In this document: positions 48,619 through 57,156 of the stretch, one piece after another
Position numbering within the stretch: the stretch's first letter is position 1
Layout of the letters: each line of letters begins with the position of its first letter
NCBI GenBank assembly: GCA_963799485.1
Contig: CAWCXJ010000008.1
Span: 192,001-256,000, forward strand
Length of the DNA: 64,000 nucleotides
Source of the DNA: an uncultured Trueperaceae bacterium
Lineage (GTDB): Bacteria > Deinococcota > Deinococci > Deinococcales > Trueperaceae
Direction: 5' to 3'
The notes under the pieces: model-generated
Database searches by the model: none
What the model saw: the letters and a program-made list of their open reading frames with translations, nothing else
Told to the model about the DNA's origin: nothing
Made by a program: the position numbers and the translations under genes

Positions 48619-49548
48619 ATGGACCCTATCATGTTGCAACTCGGGCCGCTGGCGCTGCGCTGGTACGGCTTTTTAATCGCACTCGGCGTGCTGATCGGTT
48701 CGAACTGGACGCTTTATGAAGCCAAAAAACGCGGTTTAGACCCCGACAAGCTGCTCGATATGACGCTCTGGCTGGTGCTTGCCGGACTTATCGGGGCACG
48801 CCTCGTCTACGTCCTGACGAGCCCGGCAGCGTACTTCGGCCCCGGTGGGAACCCGTGGAGCGCAGTGGCCATCTGGCAGGGCGGCGGCAGCATCCACGGC
48901 GGCGTGTTGGGTATTTTCGTGGCGGTCTGGCTTTACTCGCGGCTTCACGGGCTCAACATGTGGGCGTACCTGGACGTGTTGACGCCGGTCGGGGCGCTCG
49001 GGGTCATCGGCGGTCGGATGGGCAACTTTATGAACGGTACGGATACGACCGGGCGCGTGACGGGGTGGCCCGTCGGGTTTACCTGGCCGGAGCCGGGGAC
49101 ACAGACGTTTGGCGCGGTTGGACGGTTTATCTTCGGGGACGACCTCTGGGCGAACTCGCCGGAGGTCGTTGTCAACGGTCAGGTCGCTTACGGCCCGGTT
49201 CACCTGACCCAGGGCTACGGCGTACTCATCGGGATTGCACTGATTTTTATCTTGTTGTGGGCGTTTCGGCGGAGCCGCGCCCCGGGGTTTGTCTGGTGGC
49301 AGTTTGTTTTGTGGTATTCGGTTTTGCGTTCGGTATTCGAAGAGACGTTTCGCAATAACCCGCTCTTCTGGGAGGTGTATTTGCGTGAAGGGATCAACGC
49401 GCCCGGAATCGGGCTTTTTACCCTGACGCAGCTTGTCAGTATCCCGCTGGTTTTGATTTCAATCTATATGCTGCTAGTCATACCCCAGCCGTCGGACGAA
49501 CTTCCTCAAGCATCTGGTACCACACACAAAAGAGAGGAAGCGCTATGA
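48619..49548 (+). CDS. lgt: Prolipoprotein diacylglyceryl transferase
   Basis: RWYG, GARLVYV, GGSIHGG, GRMGNFMNG. Confidence 0.92.
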   Translation: MDPIMLQLGPLALRWYGFLIALGVLIGSNWTLYEAKKRGLDPDKLLDMTLWLVLAGLIGARLVYVLTSPAAYFGPGGNPWSAVAIWQGGGSIHGGVLGIFVAVWLYSRLHGLNMWAYLDVLTPVGALGVIGGRMGNFMNGTDTTGRVTGWPVGFTWPEPGTQTFGAVGRFIFGDDLWANSPEVVVNGQVAYGPVHLTQGYGVLIGIALIFILLWAFRRSRAPGFVWWQFVLWYSVLRSVFEETFRNNPLFWEVYLREGINAPGIGLFTLTQLVSIPLVLISIYMLLVIPQPSDELPQASGTTHKREEAL

Positions 49549-49703
49549 CCTTACTGCTATCGCACAAACGACTCGGTGTCGCCGTCCGTTACAGAATTGG
49601 ACAAGCTCGAGTCTCACCGTCTTTTGAAATGTCCGGATAAACGTCCGCTCGGTGTCGGAGAACTGTTCGGCGCACCGCGAGGCGGTACCGCAAAAGCTCG
49701 CGC

Positions 49704-49925
49704 CTAAAGCTTCAAGTGCTTTATGAGCAGGCGCGTCGAGCAGTTCCAGTCTGCGCTACCCATGACGATAGGGCACCCCGGTGCCTGAACCCGGCGCAGT
49801 GTTTCGCGCGGTTGTGGGCCGAAACTCGCCACATCGCCCAGGTAGACAAGCTTGTCGGCTCCCGCGTCAATATCGGCTAAGACAGTCTCGAGCCCCGCTA
49901 TATTCCCGTGAATACCGCAATCACC
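49704..49925 (-). pseudogene. Metallophosphoesterase N-terminal remnant
   Basis: GIHGNIAGLETVLAD, YLGDV, GPQP; the DxH and GNH motifs are degraded. Confidence 0.6.
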
Positions 49926-50491
49926 GCCAGCACCTAGGCACCTGCTAGCGTCACCGGTTTTACTGCAAGCGCGCTGTGAGACCCGCGTGGGCATCTGTGA
50001 GTTTAGCTTGTGGCGACTCGCGACCAGTAGCGATGAGACCTTGCTGGAACATGCCGCTCGTCTTGACGAGAAGCAGGTACGGCTTTTTCAACTGTCTATC
50101 GGTGTTGCAAACGGTTGGGCACCAGCCGTGATGTAGACACTGCCCCAGCCCCAGTTAGGCCTCTCAAGTTACTTGCTCGAGGCGCTTGTCCTTACTTTGA
50201 GACCGGGGCAAGTCACGGAAATGCACATAAAAGTAACCTGGTAGCGGCTTACAGAGTCCGTGAGAAGCGCCTTATGAAACGAAACAAGACCAGCGCTTTG
50301 CAGCGTAAGCCGGCGTTGCAAAGCAGCTCGGCTTGACACTTGGCGAAGCCTAAAGTTTGGCAAGCTCGCGCGTACCACCTTAGGGTAGGCGCTTCGGCAG
50401 TGACGTGACCGACTGCTTGCCGACTGCTTGACTGCATAAAACCCTCTGGAGGCAACCTGGGACAGTTGCAGGCGGCGCTATACTAGTCCGA

Positions 50492-51775
50492 ATGAACGCT
50501 GACATTTACACCCATACGTTTGACAACGGCCTTACCCTGGTCGTACAAGAGATGGCCTGGTTGCCGTCGGTTTCGTTTAACTTACTCTTGCCGTTCGGCG
50601 CTGTAACCGACCCGCAAGGCGCTTTGGGAAGCGCCGCCGTGCTCGCCGAATGGCTCGACCGGGGAGCCGGAACGCGCGACTCACGCACCTTGTCTGCCGA
50701 TCTCGACGCGCTCGGGGTGCGGCGTGGCGGCGGTGCCGGCGGCGAGAGTACGGTGCTTTCGGGTTCGCTGCTCGCCGACGCCTTACCCGCGGCGCTGGCA
50801 CTCTACGCCGACATCGTGCGGCGTCCGCACCTTACCGACGCCGAATTTGAGCCTGCTCGCACGGTTGCGCTGCAAGACCTTGCCTCGCTCGAGGACAACC
50901 CGGCTCAGCGGTTATTTATCGCGCTGTCCAAAACCTATTTCGCCTCCGCGCACGGGCGCAGCAGCTACGGCGAGGCCGACGACCTAAAGGCGCTGAGTGC
51001 TGCGGGCGTGCGGCAAGACGCTGCGCGGCGGCTCGGGCCGCAGGGCGCAATCTTGAGCGTCGCAGGGGGCGTTCGCCGGGAGAACGTAAAAGCGCTTGTC
51101 GAAAAGCTTTTCGGTGACTGGCAAGGTGCCGGGGTACCGCTACCCGAGGTGCAGGTCGGTAAAACGCACACTACTCATATCACCGCCCAAACCTCACAAA
51201 CGCAGATCGGCGTGGCTTACGAGGCGTTGCCGCCCGGTCATCCGGACTGGTACAAAAATGCTCTGTCGGTCGCCGTTTTGAGCAAAGGAATGGGGTCGCG
51301 CCTGTTTGCCGAGGTACGCGAAAAACGTGGTCTCGTCTACAGCGTTACGGCGCTCGGCCGGGCAGTACACGGTTACGGCTACACGCTCGCCTACGCCGGC
51401 ACGACCCCCGAACGGGCCGCTGAAACGCTTCAAGTCCTCCTCGGTGAACTTACGCGCCTGCGGGACGGGATAAGCGCCGAAGAGTTGGCGCGCGCCCGCA
51501 CCGGCCTCTTGTCAGGGCTGGTGATGGAAGGCGAATCGAGCGGCGGCGTCGCCGCGAGCCTTGCCCGCAACACCTTCTTGTTCGGCGCGCCGCGTCCGCT
51601 GGACGTTATCAAGGCTGAGTTGTCGGCGGTGACGCTGGCGGGTCTCAACCGCTACCTGGCGGAGCGCCCCGAACCTCGCTTTACCGTCCTGACGCTCGGC
51701 CCGAGCGCCCTGAACGCCGAGCTCGCCGCAACGACCGTTCCGGAAACCGACCCCGTAGAAAAGGTAAACGCATGA
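50492..51775 (+). CDS. M16 family peptidase-like subunit (no HxxEH)
   Basis: SRLFAEVREKRGLVY; AVLAEW at the zinc-motif position. Confidence 0.85.
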   Translation: MNADIYTHTFDNGLTLVVQEMAWLPSVSFNLLLPFGAVTDPQGALGSAAVLAEWLDRGAGTRDSRTLSADLDALGVRRGGGAGGESTVLSGSLLADALPAALALYADIVRRPHLTDAEFEPARTVALQDLASLEDNPAQRLFIALSKTYFASAHGRSSYGEADDLKALSAAGVRQDAARRLGPQGAILSVAGGVRRENVKALVEKLFGDWQGAGVPLPEVQVGKTHTTHITAQTSQTQIGVAYEALPPGHPDWYKNALSVAVLSKGMGSRLFAEVREKRGLVYSVTALGRAVHGYGYTLAYAGTTPERAAETLQVLLGELTRLRDGISAEELARARTGLLSGLVMEGESSGGVAASLARNTFLFGAPRPLDVIKAELSAVTLAGLNRYLAERPEPRFTVLTLGPSALNAELAATTVPETDPVEKVNA

Positions 51776-52992
51776 CTTTCGACAAAATAACGCTTCCCAA
51801 CGGCCTCGAGATTATCGGCGAACACAACCCCGAGGCGCAGTCGTTCGCTGCTGGCTATTTCGTCAGAACGGGCGCGCGGGACGAAACCGAGGAGGTTTCG
51901 GGTGTCTCGCACTTTTTAGAACACATGATGTTTAAGGGTACCGAGAAACGGAGCGCTGAAGACATCAACTTGGAGTTCGACACGCTCGGCGCAAATTACA
52001 ACGCCTACACCTCGGACGAGCGCACCGTGTATTACGGCGCGGTCTTGCCCGAACGCGGCGCGGCGCTCGTCGATTTACTCTCGGACATGATGCGCCCCGC
52101 CCTCCGCGAAGACGATTTTACGCTCGAGAAAAACGTCATTCTAGAAGAGATCGCCATGTACGAAGACCGTCCCGCCTTCAAGGTTTTTGAAGAGGGAAAC
52201 GCACGGTTTTACCGGGGCCATCCGCTCGGACAGTCGATTCTGGGGCCACCTGAGTCTATCAAGGCGCTCTCGCGGGCGCAGATGCTTGACTACTTCCGCG
52301 CCCGCTACGCGTCCGACAACCTGTTTCTGGCGGTTGCCGGGCGTTACGACTGGGAGGAGCTCGTCGCGCAGGTCGAGACCCTGACGGAGAGCTGGGAGCC
52401 GAGCCGCGCCGCACGCCGTTACCCGGCGCTCGCGGGTGCTACCGGCGATGAACAGCTCGCCCTGCCGAATTTGGCCCGCACCCATACGGCGCTCTACGCC
52501 CCCGGTGTCGGCGCGCAAGACCCGCTCCGCTACGCCGCCGGGGTGCTGGCAAACTGTATCGGCGACAGCAGCGGTCGCCTCTACTGGGCGCTCTTAGACA
52601 ACGGGCTCGCCGACAGCGCCTCCTTGTCACACGACGCCGCAGACGGGGCGGGCGTGTTTATCGGCTACCTTTCGGCGAGCCCGGACGCGCAGCAAGCGGC
52701 GTTGCGGCTCTACCGCGAGGTGTTGACGCAGGTACAAACCGAGGGCGTAAGCGAAGACGAGTGGCGGCGGGCGCAGCGTAAACTGGCGACGAGTATCACG
52801 CTGCGCGGCGAGACGCCGTTCGGTCGGCTGATGTCGCTCGGTGTGCGTTACGAACTCGAGCGTTCTTACGCCTCGGTACAAGCTACCGTCGCGCAGATTA
52901 TGGCGGCGAGTTTAGCGGACGCAGAGACGCTGCTCGGGCGTCGTCCGTTTGACAAGCTTTTTAGCCTGACACTCGCGCCTGCCCCGGCTTAA
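51772..52992 (+). CDS. M16 family zinc peptidase
   Basis: SHFLEHMMFKGT, NAYTS, EKNVILEE. Confidence 0.92.
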   Translation: MTFDKITLPNGLEIIGEHNPEAQSFAAGYFVRTGARDETEEVSGVSHFLEHMMFKGTEKRSAEDINLEFDTLGANYNAYTSDERTVYYGAVLPERGAALVDLLSDMMRPALREDDFTLEKNVILEEIAMYEDRPAFKVFEEGNARFYRGHPLGQSILGPPESIKALSRAQMLDYFRARYASDNLFLAVAGRYDWEELVAQVETLTESWEPSRAARRYPALAGATGDEQLALPNLARTHTALYAPGVGAQDPLRYAAGVLANCIGDSSGRLYWALLDNGLADSASLSHDAADGAGVFIGYLSASPDAQQAALRLYREVLTQVQTEGVSEDEWRRAQRKLATSITLRGETPFGRLMSLGVRYELERSYASVQATVAQIMAASLADAETLLGRRPFDKLFSLTLAPAPA

Positions 52993-53063
52993 TCCGGTCT
53001 TCACGGAGCTTTAGGTCTAGCAGCAGCACAGCAGTTCTCACCCGCGCCGTCGTACACTCTTTT

Positions 53064-53723
53064 ATGCGTTTATCTAGTGTACGGCGGTTTTGCTTGTTTT
53101 TGTTCTTGCTACCTTCGGCTTATGCAGGTGCAAGCACTCAGGTGGGCAGTCCCCAAGACTTTGCCGCGTTGACTGTCCGGCCCGACGGCCCCGAAGAACT
53201 CGACCTGAGCACCGGTGTAACGACCTTGCCGCAAGGGGGTGAAATCGTCTACCGCAACGAGGGCGTGACGCTCCGGGGGTCGTTTATCCGCTACTTGGCG
53301 GGTGACTTTATCGAGGTCGAGGGCGCGTCGGTAACGGGCGACTTTGGAACGCTTCAGGCGCCGCGTCTGCGTTTTGACGTTGCGGCGCAGACGCTTCAGG
53401 CGCAGGGCGGGGCGGCGTTTTCCGGGGAGGCGTTGGAACTGAGCGCCGACACGCTTTTACTCGACTTGGGGGACGACGTAGCGGTTTTAGAGAGCAACGT
53501 GACCAGCACAGCTCCTGCGCTGACGGCTCAAAGCGCAGTTGTCGATCTCAAAAATCCGCAAGCGCTACTCGTCGGTCCTTACAGCTATCAGGACGGTCCC
53601 ATCGGGCTGACGGGTGCAGCCGGTAAACTGCTGGCGCTCTCGTGGGACGCGTCGGGGGCGCTAAGCGCCGAGAGCCAAGTTCCGGCGGCGCTGCAGACGC
53701 GTTTTGCGGCGTACCTGCCGTAA
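53064..53723 (+). CDS. Exported OstA/LptA-like protein
   Basis: Signal peptide, beta-rich sequence, upstream of an lptF/G-like gene. Confidence 0.5.
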   Translation: MRLSSVRRFCLFLFLLPSAYAGASTQVGSPQDFAALTVRPDGPEELDLSTGVTTLPQGGEIVYRNEGVTLRGSFIRYLAGDFIEVEGASVTGDFGTLQAPRLRFDVAAQTLQAQGGAAFSGEALELSADTLLLDLGDDVAVLESNVTSTAPALTAQSAVVDLKNPQALLVGPYSYQDGPIGLTGAAGKLLALSWDASGALSAESQVPAALQTRFAAYLP

Positions 53724-53755
53724 CCTCGCGCGCCTTGCAGCAAGTTATTCCACGC

Positions 53756-55801
53756 GTGTTTTGCCGCTACACCAGACCGGTCGCCGTTTGCAGCCTGTTG
53801 CTGCTGCTTTTGGGTAGCGGCGTCGCTTTCGGCGCTTGTGACCCTGCCGAGTATGGTCAAAAACTCGAGCTCGCGGGTCTCGGCGTAGCCTATGTGGGCG
53901 AACTGACCTACGACAGCGCCCAGGACAATGCCGAACTTTTCGGGGGCGTTTGTTTCGTTTCTAGCGGTACCCCTCAGCTCACGCTCCGCGCCCCGGCGAT
54001 GCGGGTCGAGCAGGTCGCTACCGACCCGCTGTTTGTCGCACAGGGGGCAACGCTGACGCTGACGAACTACACCATCTTTGCCGAAGAACTGTCAGGCGAC
54101 GCGCTGGGGCTGAACCTGCAAAACCTCTCGGTCATGAGCCCGCAATTTTCCGGCACGGCGGTGCGCGCCCGTTACACCGCTAAAAACGGCCAAACGATCT
54201 TTAGCGGCGTCAACTTCAAGCTCGGCAACTTCCGGGTCGAGGGCGCGGCGGCGGGGTTGACCGAAAATACGCTGGTTTTGCGCTCGGCGCGCGCGACGAC
54301 CTGCGCGTGTAAAAACGGTGGACTTTACGCGCTCGTCGCCCCAAACGTCGTTATCGATCTGTCTACCGGCCTCGTGCGGGTTGAAGGGGGCGTCCTCGAG
54401 ACGCTCGGTTTGCGTTTCGGCCTCACCCCCAACCTGCGGCTCATTTTGGGCGGCGCGTCACGTCTAGTCGGGCGTCCGGGTGGTGGACGTGTTCAGGTCG
54501 GGGGAGCGGCCCTTTTACCTGCGGCCCCGGCTCCCAAACCTGTAGGAACCGTGATCGAGGAAGGAACCAAAGTCGCCTTGCCGCTGCAGCTGACGCCGTG
54601 GGCGGGTCTCGAGCTGGGCGCGGCGGGTCTCGGTACGGAGCACCCGCTCGGGCTCGTTGCGCTGCTCAAGCTGAATTTTGCGCTCAGTCGCAGCAACCTG
54701 CAGGCGGTACTCGGACGAGTCGGGCCGGGGCTCCGCGCCGACGCGCTGCTAAGGACGCCGCTTGCGCCGGGTGTCGGTTTCGACCTCAGCACGACGAACC
54801 GCCCTTGGGCAGACGCCGGGTACTTACACGAAGGGGCGCTCGGGCTTTACGCGGGCCGTCGCCTCAGCGGGGTACTAGGTGCGGTCAACGACTCGCTCGA
54901 GCTGGGCGGGCAGCTTTTCGCCGCCTTGTCGCAGCAGACGCTCGCCGGAACGCTCATACAGTCGCCGCGTTTCGGCGTGCGGGGGAGCGCCAACTATATC
55001 GCCGCGCCTACCTCGGTCGGCGTGTTCGCGTTTCGCACCGAAGCGGAGGCAACGTTTTACCCTCGGGGCGGCAGCCCGGACGATTTGGACAATTTAAGTA
55101 CAGTCAACCTGACGCAGCTCGGCGTGCGGTTGCAACCGTCGTGGCGCGCTCGGTTCGGGGCGCTCAGAACGTTTTTTGCGCTCGACCACCGGGCGGTTTT
55201 CGGCAGCTCCCCGTTTTCAACCTATCTCGACAGGCTCGAGCCGCGCAGCATCCTAGACGGGTCTCTGGCACTGGTCGGCGAGGGCCGCCGCCTCAGCATC
55301 GGGGGGCGTTACGCGTTTGTTTTGGAGGGCGCGGAAAACCCCGTCCGGCGGCTTCGCCTGGAGGCCGCCGTAACGCTTCCGGTATCGGGACTCTCCACCC
55401 GCAGTACCCTGAGCGCCGAGGTCGCCGGTCTCTTGGGCCCTGCCGACCCCGATGTGGACGCCTTTATCGCCGCGCAAACCGAATTGCTGCTGGTGTCACC
55501 CCTCGAGCTGGGTTTCCGGGGACGTTACGATTTGTTGCCGCAAGAGGTTGGTCTAAAGCTTTTGGAGGTTTACGCGAGCTACCCCATCAGGGTAAAAAAC
55601 GTGACCTTGCGGCCTTTTTTGGGGTTGAACGCCGCGCCCTTTTTGACCGGCGATATGTTGAACGCGCCCCCGGTCGTTTCGGGCTACGGGCTCGAGGTTG
55701 CGTACCGGAGTTGCTGCGGTACACTAAGAGCGTCTTACCGGCTCCACGACCAGACCGTCAAGACCTCGTTCGACGTGCGTTTGGCTGAGGTAAACCCATG
55801 A
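53756..55801 (+). CDS. LptD-like outer-membrane protein (start uncertain)
   Basis: ATTCAC motif, alternating beta-strand C-terminus, SCCG; context. Confidence 0.5.
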   Translation: MFCRYTRPVAVCSLLLLLLGSGVAFGACDPAEYGQKLELAGLGVAYVGELTYDSAQDNAELFGGVCFVSSGTPQLTLRAPAMRVEQVATDPLFVAQGATLTLTNYTIFAEELSGDALGLNLQNLSVMSPQFSGTAVRARYTAKNGQTIFSGVNFKLGNFRVEGAAAGLTENTLVLRSARATTCACKNGGLYALVAPNVVIDLSTGLVRVEGGVLETLGLRFGLTPNLRLILGGASRLVGRPGGGRVQVGGAALLPAAPAPKPVGTVIEEGTKVALPLQLTPWAGLELGAAGLGTEHPLGLVALLKLNFALSRSNLQAVLGRVGPGLRADALLRTPLAPGVGFDLSTTNRPWADAGYLHEGALGLYAGRRLSGVLGAVNDSLELGGQLFAALSQQTLAGTLIQSPRFGVRGSANYIAAPTSVGVFAFRTEAEATFYPRGGSPDDLDNLSTVNLTQLGVRLQPSWRARFGALRTFFALDHRAVFGSSPFSTYLDRLEPRSILDGSLALVGEGRRLSIGGRYAFVLEGAENPVRRLRLEAAVTLPVSGLSTRSTLSAEVAGLLGPADPDVDAFIAAQTELLLVSPLELGFRGRYDLLPQEVGLKLLEVYASYPIRVKNVTLRPFLGLNAAPFLTGDMLNAPPVVSGYGLEVAYRSCCGTLRASYRLHDQTVKTSFDVRLAEVNP

Positions 55802-55903
55802 TTAAACGCACGATTAAACCCGCTAAACGCCTGACAAAGCGGTCAACCGAACTTCTCGGCGCTGTGAGATGGACGCCTATGTCTACCTACCCTATGTCTA
55901 CCT

Positions 55904-57034
55904 ATGTTTAAACGCCTCGACCGCTACTTGCTCCAAGAAAGCATCGCCCCTTTCTTTTTCGGGCTGCTGCTCTACAGTGGCCTCGCGGTGATGAGCGCCA
56001 ACTTTCCGCGTTTACAGTGGATTGTCGGTACCCCCTTCTGGCGGCTGCTCTACTGGCTGCTGCTCCAGTTTCCGGCGGCGGTTGTGCAGACGCTGCCGAT
56101 AGCGCTCCTTTTGGCGGTGCTGCTCTCGTTCGGTCGGCTCGCCGCCTCGAATGAGCTTTTGGCGATTCAGGCGGGCGGCGTCGCCCTCAGGCGGCTCAGC
56201 GCGCTGATGCTGCTGCTTGGACTTTTCGCTGCCGGGAGCGCGCTCGCCATCAACCAGTGGGTGCTGCCGCGTACCAACGTACAGGTCGGTAGCCTCTGGT
56301 GGGAACTCACAGGGAGCGGCAGCGGGCTTTTTCGGTTGGTGCGGCAGAGTTTGCCGCTTGGGGACTATACGCTTTCATTTGAGAGCGTGACGCCGGACGA
56401 CGAACTGCAGGGGGTCAGGCTCGAGGCCTGGCAAGGAGCTGAACTAAGCGTCGTCCGCGCCGCGCGCGCACGTTTTACCGGGTCGGGACTGATCCTTTAT
56501 GACTACCAAACGACGCGCCTCGACTTGGGCGTGCTCGCGGGCACCACCCCGCAAAGTGCCGCTACGACCCTTTCCGAACTCGTACTGCTCAACAACCGTG
56601 CGCCCAACCCGGACGCGCCCCTGACCCTCAAACTTTCCGAAGACCCCAACGCGCTCATCACACGTTATTCGGGTGGCGGTTTTGAAGACGCACGCTCGAT
56701 TTCGGAAGTGTACCGGGACGCGCGCGACCCCCGCCTAAGCGCATCCGAACGCCGTGACGCCGCGACCCTCTTTCACCGCAAACTCGCCGAGCCGTTTGCC
56801 AACCTCACGCTTTTGGCGGTTGCGCTGCCGCTCGCCGTCCTGCACGCGCGGAGCCGCAGCGTCGCGTTCGGCTTGTCGTTGTCGGTGACGCTCGCCTGGT
56901 ATATTTTGCTCACCCTTGGACAACTGCTCGCGCAAGCGGGTGTGCTGCCCACCTGGTTCGGGCTCTGGTTCGGCAACGCGCTGCTTTTAGGGATAGGGCT
57001 CTATCTGCTCTACGCCCGGACGAATTTCAGGTGA
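55904..57034 (+). CDS. LptF/LptG family permease
   Basis: KRLDRYLL, RLAASNELLAIQAGG, HRKLAEP. Confidence 0.88.
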   Translation: MFKRLDRYLLQESIAPFFFGLLLYSGLAVMSANFPRLQWIVGTPFWRLLYWLLLQFPAAVVQTLPIALLLAVLLSFGRLAASNELLAIQAGGVALRRLSALMLLLGLFAAGSALAINQWVLPRTNVQVGSLWWELTGSGSGLFRLVRQSLPLGDYTLSFESVTPDDELQGVRLEAWQGAELSVVRAARARFTGSGLILYDYQTTRLDLGVLAGTTPQSAATTLSELVLLNNRAPNPDAPLTLKLSEDPNALITRYSGGGFEDARSISEVYRDARDPRLSASERRDAATLFHRKLAEPFANLTLLAVALPLAVLHARSRSVAFGLSLSVTLAWYILLTLGQLLAQAGVLPTWFGLWFGNALLLGIGLYLLYARTNFR

Positions 57035-57156
57035 GTGAACAGTGCGCGCCGCGTAACGACAACGAGCGCAGACCTCCCTCATGGCTTTTCACTCGTTGCT
57101 CGTTGCTTTCTGCATAGCTAAAGAAACGCCGCAGGTGTGGTAAATTGGTGTTTCTG

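Noticed and set aside
28600..50490. Transposon or integrative element call for the island
   Set aside because: No transposase, integrase, tRNA target or terminal repeats recognised.
50492..52992. Inactive plus active M16 pair as a novelty
   Set aside because: A well-known heterodimeric M16B arrangement.
54598..55788. 396-aa Arg-rich ORF
   Set aside because: Alternative frame within the LptD-like gene; its composition is typical of off-frame GC-rich DNA.
57055..57105. Inverted repeat AACGACAACGAG...CTCGTTGCTCGTT before rel
   Set aside because: Long loop, no clear U-tract and a single instance; no function can be assigned.
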